From NCBI GenBank assembly GCA_902788445.1, contig CADAKE010000007.1:1182-65181 (forward strand): 64,000 nucleotides of DNA. Reading direction: 5' to 3'. The stretch comes from an uncultured Eubacteriales bacterium (GTDB lineage: Bacteria > Bacillota > Clostridia > Christensenellales > Aristaeellaceae). The notes under the pieces were generated by a model that was not told where the DNA came from, did not search any database, and worked only from the letters and a program-made list of their open reading frames with translations. The translations under genes were made by a program, and so were the position numbers. Shown here piece by piece: positions 50,801 to 58,631 of this stretch (the stretch's first letter is position 1; each line of letters begins with the position of its first letter).

Positions 50801-51050
50801 CATCGGCAGCGACGAATTCGTAATCATCATGGCGCGGGTGAACAGCTCCATGCGCGAGCTGGTCGAGGCCAAAGTGGAGCAGATGAATATCATGCTCCAG
50901 CATCCCAAGAATGGCCTGCCGCCTGTGTCGCTGAGCGTCGGCGTGGCATTCTCCGACCGCCAGAACCCGAAGGGCGATCTGTTCCGCGACGCCGACAGCG
51001 CTTTGAACCGCTTGAAAGAATCCAGCCGGATCGGGTGCATGATTTATTGA
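47883..51050 (+). CDS. c-di-GMP signalling protein: REC - degenerate GGDEF - EAL - TM/4-helix sensor/TM - GGDEF
   Basis: REC: RILVVEDEP...LLLDLLLPDMNG. GGDEF-1 is degenerate (YEADTF). EAL motifs are intact (EALVRW, DDFGVGYS, AEGVET, QGYFFSKP). Two TM helices flank about 270 aa. GGDEF-2 has RSVD I-site spacing and GSDEF. Confidence 0.85.
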   Translation: MMSDLYNGEQARNGKRRILVVEDEPINQALLGQILEEQYDVSFAATGGEALHMIEEQRMGFSLMLLDLLLPDMNGMDILRNLREDGAMSSFPIIVMTSDKEAEVQCLTLGATDFIPKPYPMPEVIRARVFRTIELFEGKHIIQLTERDQLTGLYNRDYFYRYAEQLDQFQPDQAMDAIVIDVNHFHMIIERYGKSYGDEVLKRIGESVNGTARKTRGIACRYEADTFMLYCPHQEDYEKLLESASQGLFGNKNENNRVRLRMGVYSNADKSIDVTRRFDRAKTASDTIRNSFTNTIAKYDVAFHEAEVFSEQLLEDFHDAIASRQFEVYYQPKFDIRGETPRLSSAEALVRWRHPTFGMISPGIFIALFEKNGLIPELDRYVWREAAAQIRDWKKRLGLAVPVSVNVSRIDMYDPHLVETMQGLIHEFGINTEEFLLEITESAYTQESDQIIETVNQLRALGFRIEMDDFGVGYSTLNMISTLPIDALKLDMMFIRSAFEEKKDTRIIEVIIEIADYLSVPVIAEGVETENQVKVLRQMGCDIVQGYFFSKPVPAERFEDFLVALRDEKEGGVPERSPEEDAGANVPDVASTAGPALRGGDLENQATSEKKRRAIPLRGASFVFVTIAFIFAIALFAANASVTRGYQQMEQASSRYIQAQQAANALEVTSDYMTDKARCFVATGEIEYLNDFFQEVEVTKRRDAAVAELENLLNGSDSAAYAHLSAALDLSNELIAYEHQAMKLRLSAGSYPEDQIPDALKALELSPEEDALPVPEKITTAIDLVYGKAYMDYKTRIKGNIALCTEDLIAESDGALRQSARRMTSLLRLQTTLTVLMLLVVLVMVVFISLWVRKPLTRMVSLMKDKKTVPPDGAEELQFVSQTYNEILEENEKANDRLTYEAMHDTLTGLYNQNGYDILRRSVDLAHVALLILDINGIKGVSEAYGRDIADQVIREAAEIMQRSFRSVDLKFRIGSDEFVIIMARVNSSMRELVEAKVEQMNIMLQHPKNGLPPVSLSVGVAFSDRQNPKGDLFRDADSALNRLKESSRIGCMIY

Positions 51051-51063
51051 TGGAAACGCAACA

Positions 51064-51090
51064 TGCCGCGCGGTTCATTGCCGCGCGGCA
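51064..51090. terminator. GC hairpin between convergent genes (no clear U-tract)
   Basis: TGCCGCGCGG / CCGCGCGGCA 10-bp stem with a 7-nt loop. Confidence 0.4.
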
Positions 51091-51110
51091 CGATTGTAAA
51101 GAATGGGCGT

Positions 51111-51584
51111 TTACTTTTTGCCGATGCTGGAAAGGATGTCCATCAAGCCATCCACAAGGGGACTCGCGCTGTCGCTCTGCACCTGCTTTTCGCCTTTCAG
51201 CACGGCTTCCGCGTCTTTCCGCAGGGCGGCGCTGGCGGCGCGGTACAATTCCAGCACGCGCTTTTCCGCGGCGGTCAGCTTGATTTCAGCGGCCGTCTTG
51301 GCTGTGGTTTTCTTGGCCGTGCTGGTTTTGGCCGCCGTGCCGGACGCGGGCTTTTTCGCGGTGGAGGACACATACCCCGCCGCTTCCAGCAAGGACTTCT
51401 GCGTCACGCCCGTGGCTTTGGCGATGCCCTTTAATTCCGCCTGGGTCAGTTCTTTTTCTCCGCGTTCCGCTTTGCTTACTTCGCTGGCGGACAGCCCGTC
51501 GACCATTGAAGCCAGCTTTTCCTGGCTGAGGCCCGCTTTCGTCCGGGCTTCCTTGATCAGTTCCCCCACTTTCTTTTGCGCCAT
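51111..51584 (-). CDS. XRE-family HTH protein with Ala/Lys-rich C-terminal half
   Basis: VGELIKEARTKAGLSQEKLASMV HTH; 157 aa. Confidence 0.7.
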   Translation of the reverse strand: MAQKKVGELIKEARTKAGLSQEKLASMVDGLSASEVSKAERGEKELTQAELKGIAKATGVTQKSLLEAAGYVSSTAKKPASGTAAKTSTAKKTTAKTAAEIKLTAAEKRVLELYRAASAALRKDAEAVLKGEKQVQSDSASPLVDGLMDILSSIGKK

Positions 51585-51722
51585 GGTATCTTCCCTCCCG
51601 GCATTTTTTCTTTATTTTACCACACGATTTCCCTGTTCACAAGATTGTCTTGTATTTTTCATGGCATTTTTTCGCCAGATCGCATCTGTTCAATCGACAA
51701 GATTTCAAGAACGATTCGACGT

Positions 51723-51840
51723 AGATAGGAGTTAGGAGAGAGAAGATAGGAGATGAATGATAGACAAATCATAAAGAAGGCTGACTTGCGTTCCTGATTA
51801 CAAGCCTTCACTCCTATCCCCTATCTTCTATCTCCTATCT
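51723..51840. repeat. Heptad-arm hairpin element H7 (unit TAGGAGA family)
   Basis: AGATAGGAGTTAGGAGAGAGAAGATAGGAGATG (51723-51755) faces CACTCCTATCCCCTATCTTCTATCTCCTATCT (51809-51840). Lies between divergently transcribed genes. Confidence 0.8.
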
Positions 51841-51883
51841 TGGATGAACGTGCCTTTGAAGTATTACATCAAATCATTGAAGG

Positions 51884-52258
51884 ATGGAGGCAGCCGTCAT
51901 GCAGCCGTTGTTACTGTGTATGGGCATGGAGCAGAATTTTTTGATGCGCGTTTCCTTTTCCGCGCTGACCCTGGGGATTCAGGTCAAGGCCATTCAGGAC
52001 GATGCGTGGGGCCAGACCCTCGCCGCGCTGTGCGGCCTGGAGCCTGAAAAGGCGAATCCGCCCAAAGCGGCCGTCCGCGGGCCGATGCTCGTGATGGCGT
52101 TCTTTGACAGCGCGCTCATGGACAAGCTGCTCAAAAGCCTGCGCGACGGAAAGCAGACCGTGCGCCTGAAAGCCGTCCTCACGCCCTATAACCAGCATTG
52201 GACATGCGAACGTCTCTATCAGGAGCTTTCCCAGGAAGCGGCGCAGTTTGAAAAATGA
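51884..52258 (+). CDS. DUF3783-like small protein
   Basis: The C-terminal VRLKAVLTPYNQHWTCERLYQELSQE resembles the DUF3783 signature. Start could be 51884 or the ATG at 51899. Confidence 0.6.
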   Translation: MEAAVMQPLLLCMGMEQNFLMRVSFSALTLGIQVKAIQDDAWGQTLAALCGLEPEKANPPKAAVRGPMLVMAFFDSALMDKLLKSLRDGKQTVRLKAVLTPYNQHWTCERLYQELSQEAAQFEK

Positions 52259-52270
52259 GTCTATCCACCC

Positions 52271-52294
52271 GGAGGCCAAGGGGCCTCCTTTTTT
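52271..52294 (+). terminator. intrinsic terminator
   Basis: GGAGGCC AAGG GGCCTCC followed by T6, 13 nt after the stop codon. Confidence 0.9.
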
Positions 52295-52327
52295 GTTGTT
52301 ACCGTCCAACTATCACATGATGTTTGT

Positions 52328-52648
52328 TAACCAGAGCGAGGGCCTGTGCGGCCCTCGTGCACCTGCACCAAAGGACTTCGTCCTCTGGACTCCAGCAGCG
52401 GAATAGACTTGCGCGAATGATTCAAGCTGCTTCCCGCTGATGTTTGGAAGGACGCGGATACTCCACTTGGCCGCGTTGTGTTTCTGGCCCGGCGTCCTTC
52501 GGACGCCATCCCGGATGCGAAGCATCCGGGGAAAGCCAGGGAATAATCCGCAGGGAAAGCTCGCTTTCCCCTCGGATTTTCCCGGGCTTTCTTGGGCCAG
52601 AAACCCTCACCACCCTGGCGCAGGTCTGGGGGCGCGGAGCCCCCAGCG
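52328..52648. ncRNA. Structured element copy B (candidate large ncRNA, unclassified; orientation unresolved)
   Basis: Same architecture as 14245-14653. Core 52482-52602: closing stem TTCTGGCCC/GGGCCAGAA; hairpins GGCGTCC-TTC-GGACGCC and CCCGGATGC-GAA-GCATCCGGG; three-tier stem GAAAGCCAGGG..AATCCG..GGGAAAGC/GCTTTCCC..CGGATT..CCCGGGCTTTC. Terminal hairpin CTGGGGG-CGCGGAG-CCCCCAG. Confidence 0.5.
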
Positions 52649-52724
52649 TAACCTTTATTGGTTTAGCATTATGTGAAAGGTAACTTTTGGTTCAACAAAA
52701 TTGAAACATTTTTGTAGCCTTTTC

Positions 52725-52753
52725 TTTTCATTTTGGCGCGGCTGTGGTATACT
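52725..52753 (+). promoter_or_regulatory. polA promoter candidate (extended -10)
   Basis: TTTTCA, 17-nt spacer, TGgTATACT (52748-52753), 48 nt upstream of the polA ATG. Confidence 0.5.
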
Positions 52754-52800
52754 GAATTGAATATTCCCGCCGGATGCTTTCCGGCTGACGAGGTGATTGG

Positions 52801-55341
52801 ATGCGCGAAACGCTGCTGGCCGTAGACGGCAACAGCCTGATGCACCGGGCTTTTCACGCCCTGCCGCTGCTGGACGCGGGCGGGGTATATACCAATGCCG
52901 CGCACGGATTTTTGTCCATGCTGCTCAAAGCCGTTTCGGATTTGTCGCCGCGTTATATCGCGGTGGCGTTTGACCTGCCTGTGCCCACGTTCCGCCACAC
53001 CGCCTACGCGGATTACAAGGCGGGACGACGGGCCATGCCGGAGGAATTAAAGCCCCAGTTCCCTTTGATCAAGGAAATCTTAGGCGATATGAAGCTGGGC
53101 GTGCTGACCTCCGAGGGCTACGAAGCCGACGACATTCTGGGCACGCTGTCCCAAAAATGCCGGGAGAGCGGGCTGGACTGCGTGCTGCTCACCGGCGACC
53201 GGGACGCGCTGCAATTGATCGGCGACGGCACGCGGGTGCTGTTCACCCGCAAGGGCATCACGGAAAGCACGCTGTTTGATTCCGCGGGCGTGAAGGAAAC
53301 CTTTGGCGTGACGCCCGAACAGGTGACGGACTGGAAGGGGCTGATGGGCGACGCCAGCGACAATATCCCCGGCATTCCCGGCGTGGGCGAAAAGACGGCG
53401 GTGAAGCTGCTGAACGAATACGGCAGCCTGGAAAACGTGCTGGCCCACGGGGACGAGATCAAGGGCAAGCTGGGCGAAAAGGTGCGGGACAACGCGGAAC
53501 TGGCCAGATTCAGCAAAGACCTGGCGACCATCCGCCCCACCGCGCCGATCGACTTTGATCTGAACGCTTTCGACGCCTCCCACATGGCGGACGGCCTGCA
53601 GACCCTGCGGAAATACCAATTGAACGGCATCGCCTCGCGCCTGGAAAAGATGGCTCCGGGCGGCGCTCCGGCAGCGGCGGAACCGGAAGCGGGAGCCGTG
53701 TTCACCGAAGAAACCCTGCGCAGCCGGGATGAAATCGCGTCCTTCCTTTCGTTGATTCAGGGACAGCCCACCGCCCTGCACGTCTCCCCCACGCGCATGA
53801 CCGTCGCCGCGGCGGGACGCCTGGCGGAAATCCAGTTGCAGCAGGATATGCTGTCGGATGGATTGCTTCCCGACGAAGCCTGGCAGGCGCTGAAACCGCT
53901 GTTGAGTGAAAAGCTCTACGTTCACGACGGCAAAGCCCTGTTGCACCAGTTGGCCGATCTGGGCCTGCCGCTGCCGGAATTTGCCTGGGACACCATGCTG
54001 GGCGCGTACCTCCATAACCCCCAGGAAAAAACCTACGCCCTGTCCCAGTTCGCCCGGGAGGACGCGGCGGGCGTGCTGACGCTGGCGGAAAAGCAGCAAA
54101 AGCAATTGGAAGACGAGGGCATGACCGCCCTCATGCGGGAGATCGAAATGCCGCTGCTGTACGTGCTCTTCGACATGGAGCAGGCGGGCTTCCAGGTGGA
54201 TGGGAAGGTGCTTTCCGACCTGGGCAAGGAGTTTACCCAGCAGGCGGAAGAACTCAAGGAAGAAGTGTACAAACTCACCGGCGTGCGCGGCTTCAACCTG
54301 AACAGCACCCAGCAGCTTGGCAAGGTGCTGTTTGAAACGCTGGATTTGCCCCACGGCAAAAAGACCCAGCGGGGCTACTCCACCGACGCGGACACGCTGG
54401 AAAAGCTCATCGACCTGCACCCCTGCATTGCTCCGATTTTAAAGTACCGCCAGGTGGTGAAGCTGAACAGCACTTACATCGACGCGCTCATCCGCAAGAT
54501 GGACGCGACAGGCCGGGTGCACACGTACTTTGACCAGACCGGCACCGCCACGGGCCGCATATCCTCCAGCGAACCGAACCTGCAAAACATTCCTGTCCGC
54601 ACGGAAATGGGCCGCGAGATCCGCAAAGCCTTTATCACCAAGCCCGGCTTCGTGCTGGCCGACGCGGACTACAGCCAGATCGAACTGCGCGTGATGGCCC
54701 ACTTCTCCGGCGACCACGCCATGGTGGACGCTTTCCGGAAAGGCCAGGACATTCATACCCGCACGGCGGCGGAAGTCTACGGCGTGCCGATGGAGCAGGT
54801 GACGCGGGAAATGCGCTCCAGCGCCAAGGCGGTGAACTTCGGCCTGGTGTACGGCATCAGCGAATTTGGCCTGGCCCGGAACATCGGCGTCAGCCGCAGG
54901 CAGGCGGGGGACTTTATCGCCCGGTATTTTGAGCGGTATCCTGGCGTAAAGAAATTTATGGACGAGGCCGTCAAGAAGGGCTACGACCAGGGCTACGCCG
55001 TGACCATGATGGGCAGGCGGCGGCAATTGCCGGAACTCAAGGCCAGCAACGCCAACACCCGCAACTTCGGCGAACGCGCCGCCATGAACACGCCCGTCCA
55101 GGGCACGGCGGCGGATATTATCAAGCTGGCCATGGTGCGGGTGCACGACGCGCTGAAAAAGGAAGGCTTGCAGGCCAGGCTGATTTTGCAGGTGCATGAC
55201 GAACTGCTGATCGAAGCGCCGAAGGATGAGGAAGAAACCGTCTGCCGCATCCTGCAAGAGTGCATGGAACAGGTGTATCAGCTTTCCGTCCCGCTGGTGG
55301 CGGAGGTCAAGACGGGGCAGAGTTGGTTTGAAACGAAATGA
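52801..55341 (+). CDS. polA: DNA polymerase I
   Basis: 5'-nuclease N-domain (LLAVDGNSLMHRAFHA), pol motifs DYSQIELRV, QVHDELL; 846 aa. Confidence 0.95.
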   Translation: MRETLLAVDGNSLMHRAFHALPLLDAGGVYTNAAHGFLSMLLKAVSDLSPRYIAVAFDLPVPTFRHTAYADYKAGRRAMPEELKPQFPLIKEILGDMKLGVLTSEGYEADDILGTLSQKCRESGLDCVLLTGDRDALQLIGDGTRVLFTRKGITESTLFDSAGVKETFGVTPEQVTDWKGLMGDASDNIPGIPGVGEKTAVKLLNEYGSLENVLAHGDEIKGKLGEKVRDNAELARFSKDLATIRPTAPIDFDLNAFDASHMADGLQTLRKYQLNGIASRLEKMAPGGAPAAAEPEAGAVFTEETLRSRDEIASFLSLIQGQPTALHVSPTRMTVAAAGRLAEIQLQQDMLSDGLLPDEAWQALKPLLSEKLYVHDGKALLHQLADLGLPLPEFAWDTMLGAYLHNPQEKTYALSQFAREDAAGVLTLAEKQQKQLEDEGMTALMREIEMPLLYVLFDMEQAGFQVDGKVLSDLGKEFTQQAEELKEEVYKLTGVRGFNLNSTQQLGKVLFETLDLPHGKKTQRGYSTDADTLEKLIDLHPCIAPILKYRQVVKLNSTYIDALIRKMDATGRVHTYFDQTGTATGRISSSEPNLQNIPVRTEMGREIRKAFITKPGFVLADADYSQIELRVMAHFSGDHAMVDAFRKGQDIHTRTAAEVYGVPMEQVTREMRSSAKAVNFGLVYGISEFGLARNIGVSRRQAGDFIARYFERYPGVKKFMDEAVKKGYDQGYAVTMMGRRRQLPELKASNANTRNFGERAAMNTPVQGTAADIIKLAMVRVHDALKKEGLQARLILQVHDELLIEAPKDEEETVCRILQECMEQVYQLSVPLVAEVKTGQSWFETK

Positions 55342-55353
55342 ACGGATAAAAAT

Positions 55354-55950
55354 ATGAGCAAATATGTAATCGGCTTGACCGGCGGCATCGCCTGCGGGAA
55401 GAGCAACTTATCCAAAGCGTTAAAGGAACAAGGCGTGCCGGTGATCGACGCGGATGAAATATCCCATTCGCTGACCGCCAACGGCGGCGCGGCGCTGCCC
55501 GCGATTCGTGAGCATTTTGGCGACCAGGTATTCGATGGCGAACAGCTGAACCGCCGCGCCTTATCGGACATTGTGTTCAGCGACCCAAAGGAACGGGAGG
55601 CGCTGAACGGCATCCTGCACCCCATGGTGCTGTCTGAAATCCACCGGCAGATGGACGCGGCCGACGGGCCGGTGGTAATGGACGTGCCGCTGCTCTACGA
55701 AGTCGGCATGGATTCCTGGTGCCAGGAAATCTGGTGCGCCTATGTGCCGCAGAAGGAGCAGGTGCGCCGGGTGCGCAAGCGGGGGCAGATCACCTATAAG
55801 GAAGCTCTGCGCCGCATCCACTCCCAGATGCCCGTAATGGAAAAGCGACGCCGCGCCGACCACGTCATCCGCACGGAGGGCTCCAAGGAACAAAGCGCGC
55901 AAATCGTGCTGGGGCTGTGGCGGGACGCTTTAGAACGCAGCAAAACTTAA
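55354..55950 (+). CDS. coaE: dephospho-CoA kinase
   Basis: IGLTGGIACGKSN P-loop; 198 aa; conserved position after polA. Confidence 0.9.
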   Translation: MSKYVIGLTGGIACGKSNLSKALKEQGVPVIDADEISHSLTANGGAALPAIREHFGDQVFDGEQLNRRALSDIVFSDPKEREALNGILHPMVLSEIHRQMDAADGPVVMDVPLLYEVGMDSWCQEIWCAYVPQKEQVRRVRKRGQITYKEALRRIHSQMPVMEKRRRADHVIRTEGSKEQSAQIVLGLWRDALERSKT

Positions 55951-55982
55951 GGCTTTGTTTAAAGAAGGAAGCAGTGGGGCAG

Positions 55983-56115
55983 AGAGTTCAGAGTGCAGAG
56001 TACAGAGTTCAGAGAATATAGATAAACATTCGGTTTCCCACTTTATCATGTAAGAGCGTTGCTTGATGCATTTTCACATGATTCTCTGTACTCTGAACTC
56101 TGCACTCTGAACTCT
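55983..56115. repeat. Heptad-arm hairpin element H2 (unit CAGAGTN)
   Basis: AGAGTTCAGAGTGCAGAGTACAGAGTTCAGAGAAT (55983-56017) faces ATTCTCTGTACTCTGAACTCTGCACTCTGAACTCT (56081-56115): 35 positions with 2 mismatches at unit position 7. Confidence 0.9.
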
Positions 56116-56156
56116 TCCACCTGTGTTCCCCATCAACCCACAACAGGAGTTGCAGC

Positions 56157-56882
56157 ATGAATGACTTTTCCCCTTCCCCCACGCCTTATACCGCGCCGCC
56201 CGCGCAGCGCAACCGGAGATCGGGCCGCCCGCAGGGCCGCCACGCAAAGCCGAAAAAGCAGGGCCCGCTTGCCTGGTGGCAATGGCTGGTGCTGGCCGCG
56301 CTGGCGGGCGTGATCGTGTATCAGGCTTTCCAACTCAGCCAGGCCAACGCGCGGCTGAACGCCCTGTACAAAGCCCGCCAGGAAGCGCAGGAACGCTACG
56401 AAAAAAACGTGCAGGCCCACGCGCCGCGCTACCGTGACCTGATCGAGCAGTACGCCGCGGAATACAACCTGAACCCCGCCTATGTGTCGGCGATCATTAA
56501 GCAGGAAAGCGACTACAACCCGCGGGCCGTGAGCAGCAAAGGGGCAAGGGGACTGATGCAGTTCATGCCCGACACCTTTGACTGGGTGAAGAATAACTGC
56601 GGCTACCGTTCCTCCGATTTCGACGTGGTGTATGAGCCAGAGGCCGCCATCAAAATGGGCTGCTACCTGCTGAACTATATCACCAAGCAATTGGGTTCAT
56701 CCGATCCGGTGCTGGTCGCCTGCGCGTACCACGCGGGCTGGGGCGTGGTGCCCACCTGGCTGCAAAACTATTCCGCCGACGGTCAGAGCCTGAAAGTTTC
56801 CGAAATTCCCAAATCAGATACGCAAACCTACGCGGGAAGGGTGGTGAACAGCTATGCGATCTACTTGCAGCACTACTATTAA
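56157..56882 (+). CDS. lytic transglycosylase (SLT domain), membrane-anchored
   Basis: AIIKQESDYNPRAVSSKGARGLMQFMP catalytic Glu context and an N-terminal TM anchor. Confidence 0.85.
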   Translation: MNDFSPSPTPYTAPPAQRNRRSGRPQGRHAKPKKQGPLAWWQWLVLAALAGVIVYQAFQLSQANARLNALYKARQEAQERYEKNVQAHAPRYRDLIEQYAAEYNLNPAYVSAIIKQESDYNPRAVSSKGARGLMQFMPDTFDWVKNNCGYRSSDFDVVYEPEAAIKMGCYLLNYITKQLGSSDPVLVACAYHAGWGVVPTWLQNYSADGQSLKVSEIPKSDTQTYAGRVVNSYAIYLQHYY

Positions 56883-56885
56883 GAC

Positions 56886-57011
56886 GAGCGAGAAGTTAGG
56901 AGATAGGAGAGCGGAGATGGATCATGTTTCCAATTGCGCGGCTGAAAAAAATACAGACGCGAAGCAAACACATCATATAACTCCTCTCTTCTCTCTCCTC
57001 TCTCCTCTCTT
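56886..57011. repeat. Heptad-arm hairpin element H9 (unit TAGGAGA/GAGAGGA, imperfect)
   Basis: GAGCGAGAAGTTAGGAGATAGGAGAGCGGAGATG (56886-56919) faces AACTCCTCTCTTCTCTCTCCTCTCTCCTCTCTT (56979-57011). It starts 3 nt after the SLT stop. Confidence 0.75.
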
Positions 57012-57021
57012 ATTACGCATC

Positions 57022-58563
57022 ATGGCGCTGGTTCTCGCCCTGACCCTCCTCTGTCCCTCCGCCTTTGCCACCACGATGGACGATATGCTGTCGCTGGGCA
57101 TGATTTCGGTCAAGACCCAGTACCTGAATCCGCTGGTGTCGGAAGAACGGGAATTCCAATCCCTCACCGCGCTGATTTACGAGGGACTGTTTTACCTGGA
57201 TGACGACTACATGCCCCAGCTTGGCCTGGCCGCCTCGTGCGATTCCACCACCGACGGCAAGCACTGGGCGATCCGCATCCGGCCGAATATTTACTTCCAC
57301 GACGGCCAGCCCTGCACCGCCTATGACGTGGAGGCCACCATCAACGAAATCCTGCGCCTGGCGCAAAACGATCAGGGCCAGTACAACCAATTGAAATATA
57401 TCATCAGCAGCGTGTCGGTGAACAGCGCGGAGTCCCTGCAAATCACCGTCAGCCGGCCCTATTACGCCGTCCGCTTCGCCTTCACCTTCCCCATCCTGCC
57501 CCGCGACCAGGTGCAGGCCGCCCAGCCCGCGGGCACCGGTCCCTTCAAGGTGGATCAGTTTTTGCCCGCGAATCTTTTGCAGCTTTCCGCCAATGAAAAC
57601 TATTGGAACGGCGCGCCGACCGTGAAGGGCATCAACGTGGATTTCAAGGCCACCAACCGCGAGCTCATCATGGACTATGAATACAACCGCATCGACGCCG
57701 CCATCACAAGAAGCGCATCCGCCGGGCAGTACCAGACGGGCCTGACCAACCTGAACATCGCCTACCGCACGCGGCAGCTGGAAACCCTGCTGCTCAACGA
57801 CAGCGCCAACGCTTTCCCGCTGAACAACCCGGAGATCCGCAAGGCCATCCGCTATGCCATCGACTTTGACACCATCGCCAACACCGTCTATTTCGGCATG
57901 GCCAAGCGCACCGACACGCCCCTGCCCGCCGGCACCTGGATGTACAAGGACAACGAAACCGCATACAGCTACAACCCGGAGAAGGCCCGGCAGATTCTGG
58001 ACGAACAGGGCTGGAAGTCCAACCCCAACCGGGACAACGGCATCCGGTACACCACCGTGATCGTCAGCGGAAAGCAGGAGGAACGCCGCCTGCGCCTGGG
58101 CCTGTATGTCTATGAGGAGCAGGACAATTCCGTGCGCGTGCAGGTGGCAGGCTTGATTGCCGACTATCTGGAAGCCGTCGGCATCAGCGTGCACGTGGAA
58201 ACCGTCAGCTTCGCCACCGCCGCCGCGAGATTGCAGGCCCGGAACTACGACATGGCCATCGCCGCGTTCCAGATGGACGTGGTGCCCGACCCCGGCTTCC
58301 TGCTGATGAGCGGCAACACCGGCAACTACACCGGCTACCGTTCCTCTGCCATGGACAAGCTGTGCAAGGCCATGCGCGAGGAAAGGGAGTTTACCCAGTA
58401 CAGGCAGCTGCTTTGGGACATTCAGGATCAGTTTGCGGAGGACTGTCCTTTTATCTGCATGTGGTACCGCGCCGGGGCGCTGCTCACCCGCAAGGTGTTC
58501 ACCACCGTCCGCGACGTGCGGGAGCCGGAAATCCTGCGCGGCATCGAGAGCATCGGGAAATAA
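57022..58563 (+). CDS. ABC-transporter substrate-binding protein, family 5 (peptide/nickel type)
   Basis: Signal-like MALVLALTLLCPSAFA followed by an SBP_bac_5-like body. Start moved to ATG 57022 because the upstream part of the ORF is the H9 repeat. No clear RBS. Confidence 0.7.
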   Translation: MALVLALTLLCPSAFATTMDDMLSLGMISVKTQYLNPLVSEEREFQSLTALIYEGLFYLDDDYMPQLGLAASCDSTTDGKHWAIRIRPNIYFHDGQPCTAYDVEATINEILRLAQNDQGQYNQLKYIISSVSVNSAESLQITVSRPYYAVRFAFTFPILPRDQVQAAQPAGTGPFKVDQFLPANLLQLSANENYWNGAPTVKGINVDFKATNRELIMDYEYNRIDAAITRSASAGQYQTGLTNLNIAYRTRQLETLLLNDSANAFPLNNPEIRKAIRYAIDFDTIANTVYFGMAKRTDTPLPAGTWMYKDNETAYSYNPEKARQILDEQGWKSNPNRDNGIRYTTVIVSGKQEERRLRLGLYVYEEQDNSVRVQVAGLIADYLEAVGISVHVETVSFATAAARLQARNYDMAIAAFQMDVVPDPGFLLMSGNTGNYTGYRSSAMDKLCKAMREEREFTQYRQLLWDIQDQFAEDCPFICMWYRAGALLTRKVFTTVRDVREPEILRGIESIGK

Positions 58564-58631
58564 AAATGTTTCCGCCGCCGCTTCATTTCTTCCATCCCCC
58601 CGCATAGGATAGAAAAAGAGGGGGTGATGAG

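Noticed and set aside
56854-57021. N-terminal 56 codons of the ORF-track version of the substrate-binding protein
   Set aside because: This stretch is the translation of heptad hairpin H9 (low-complexity Leu/Ser/Pro) and it overlaps the end of the SLT gene. The start was moved to ATG 57022.
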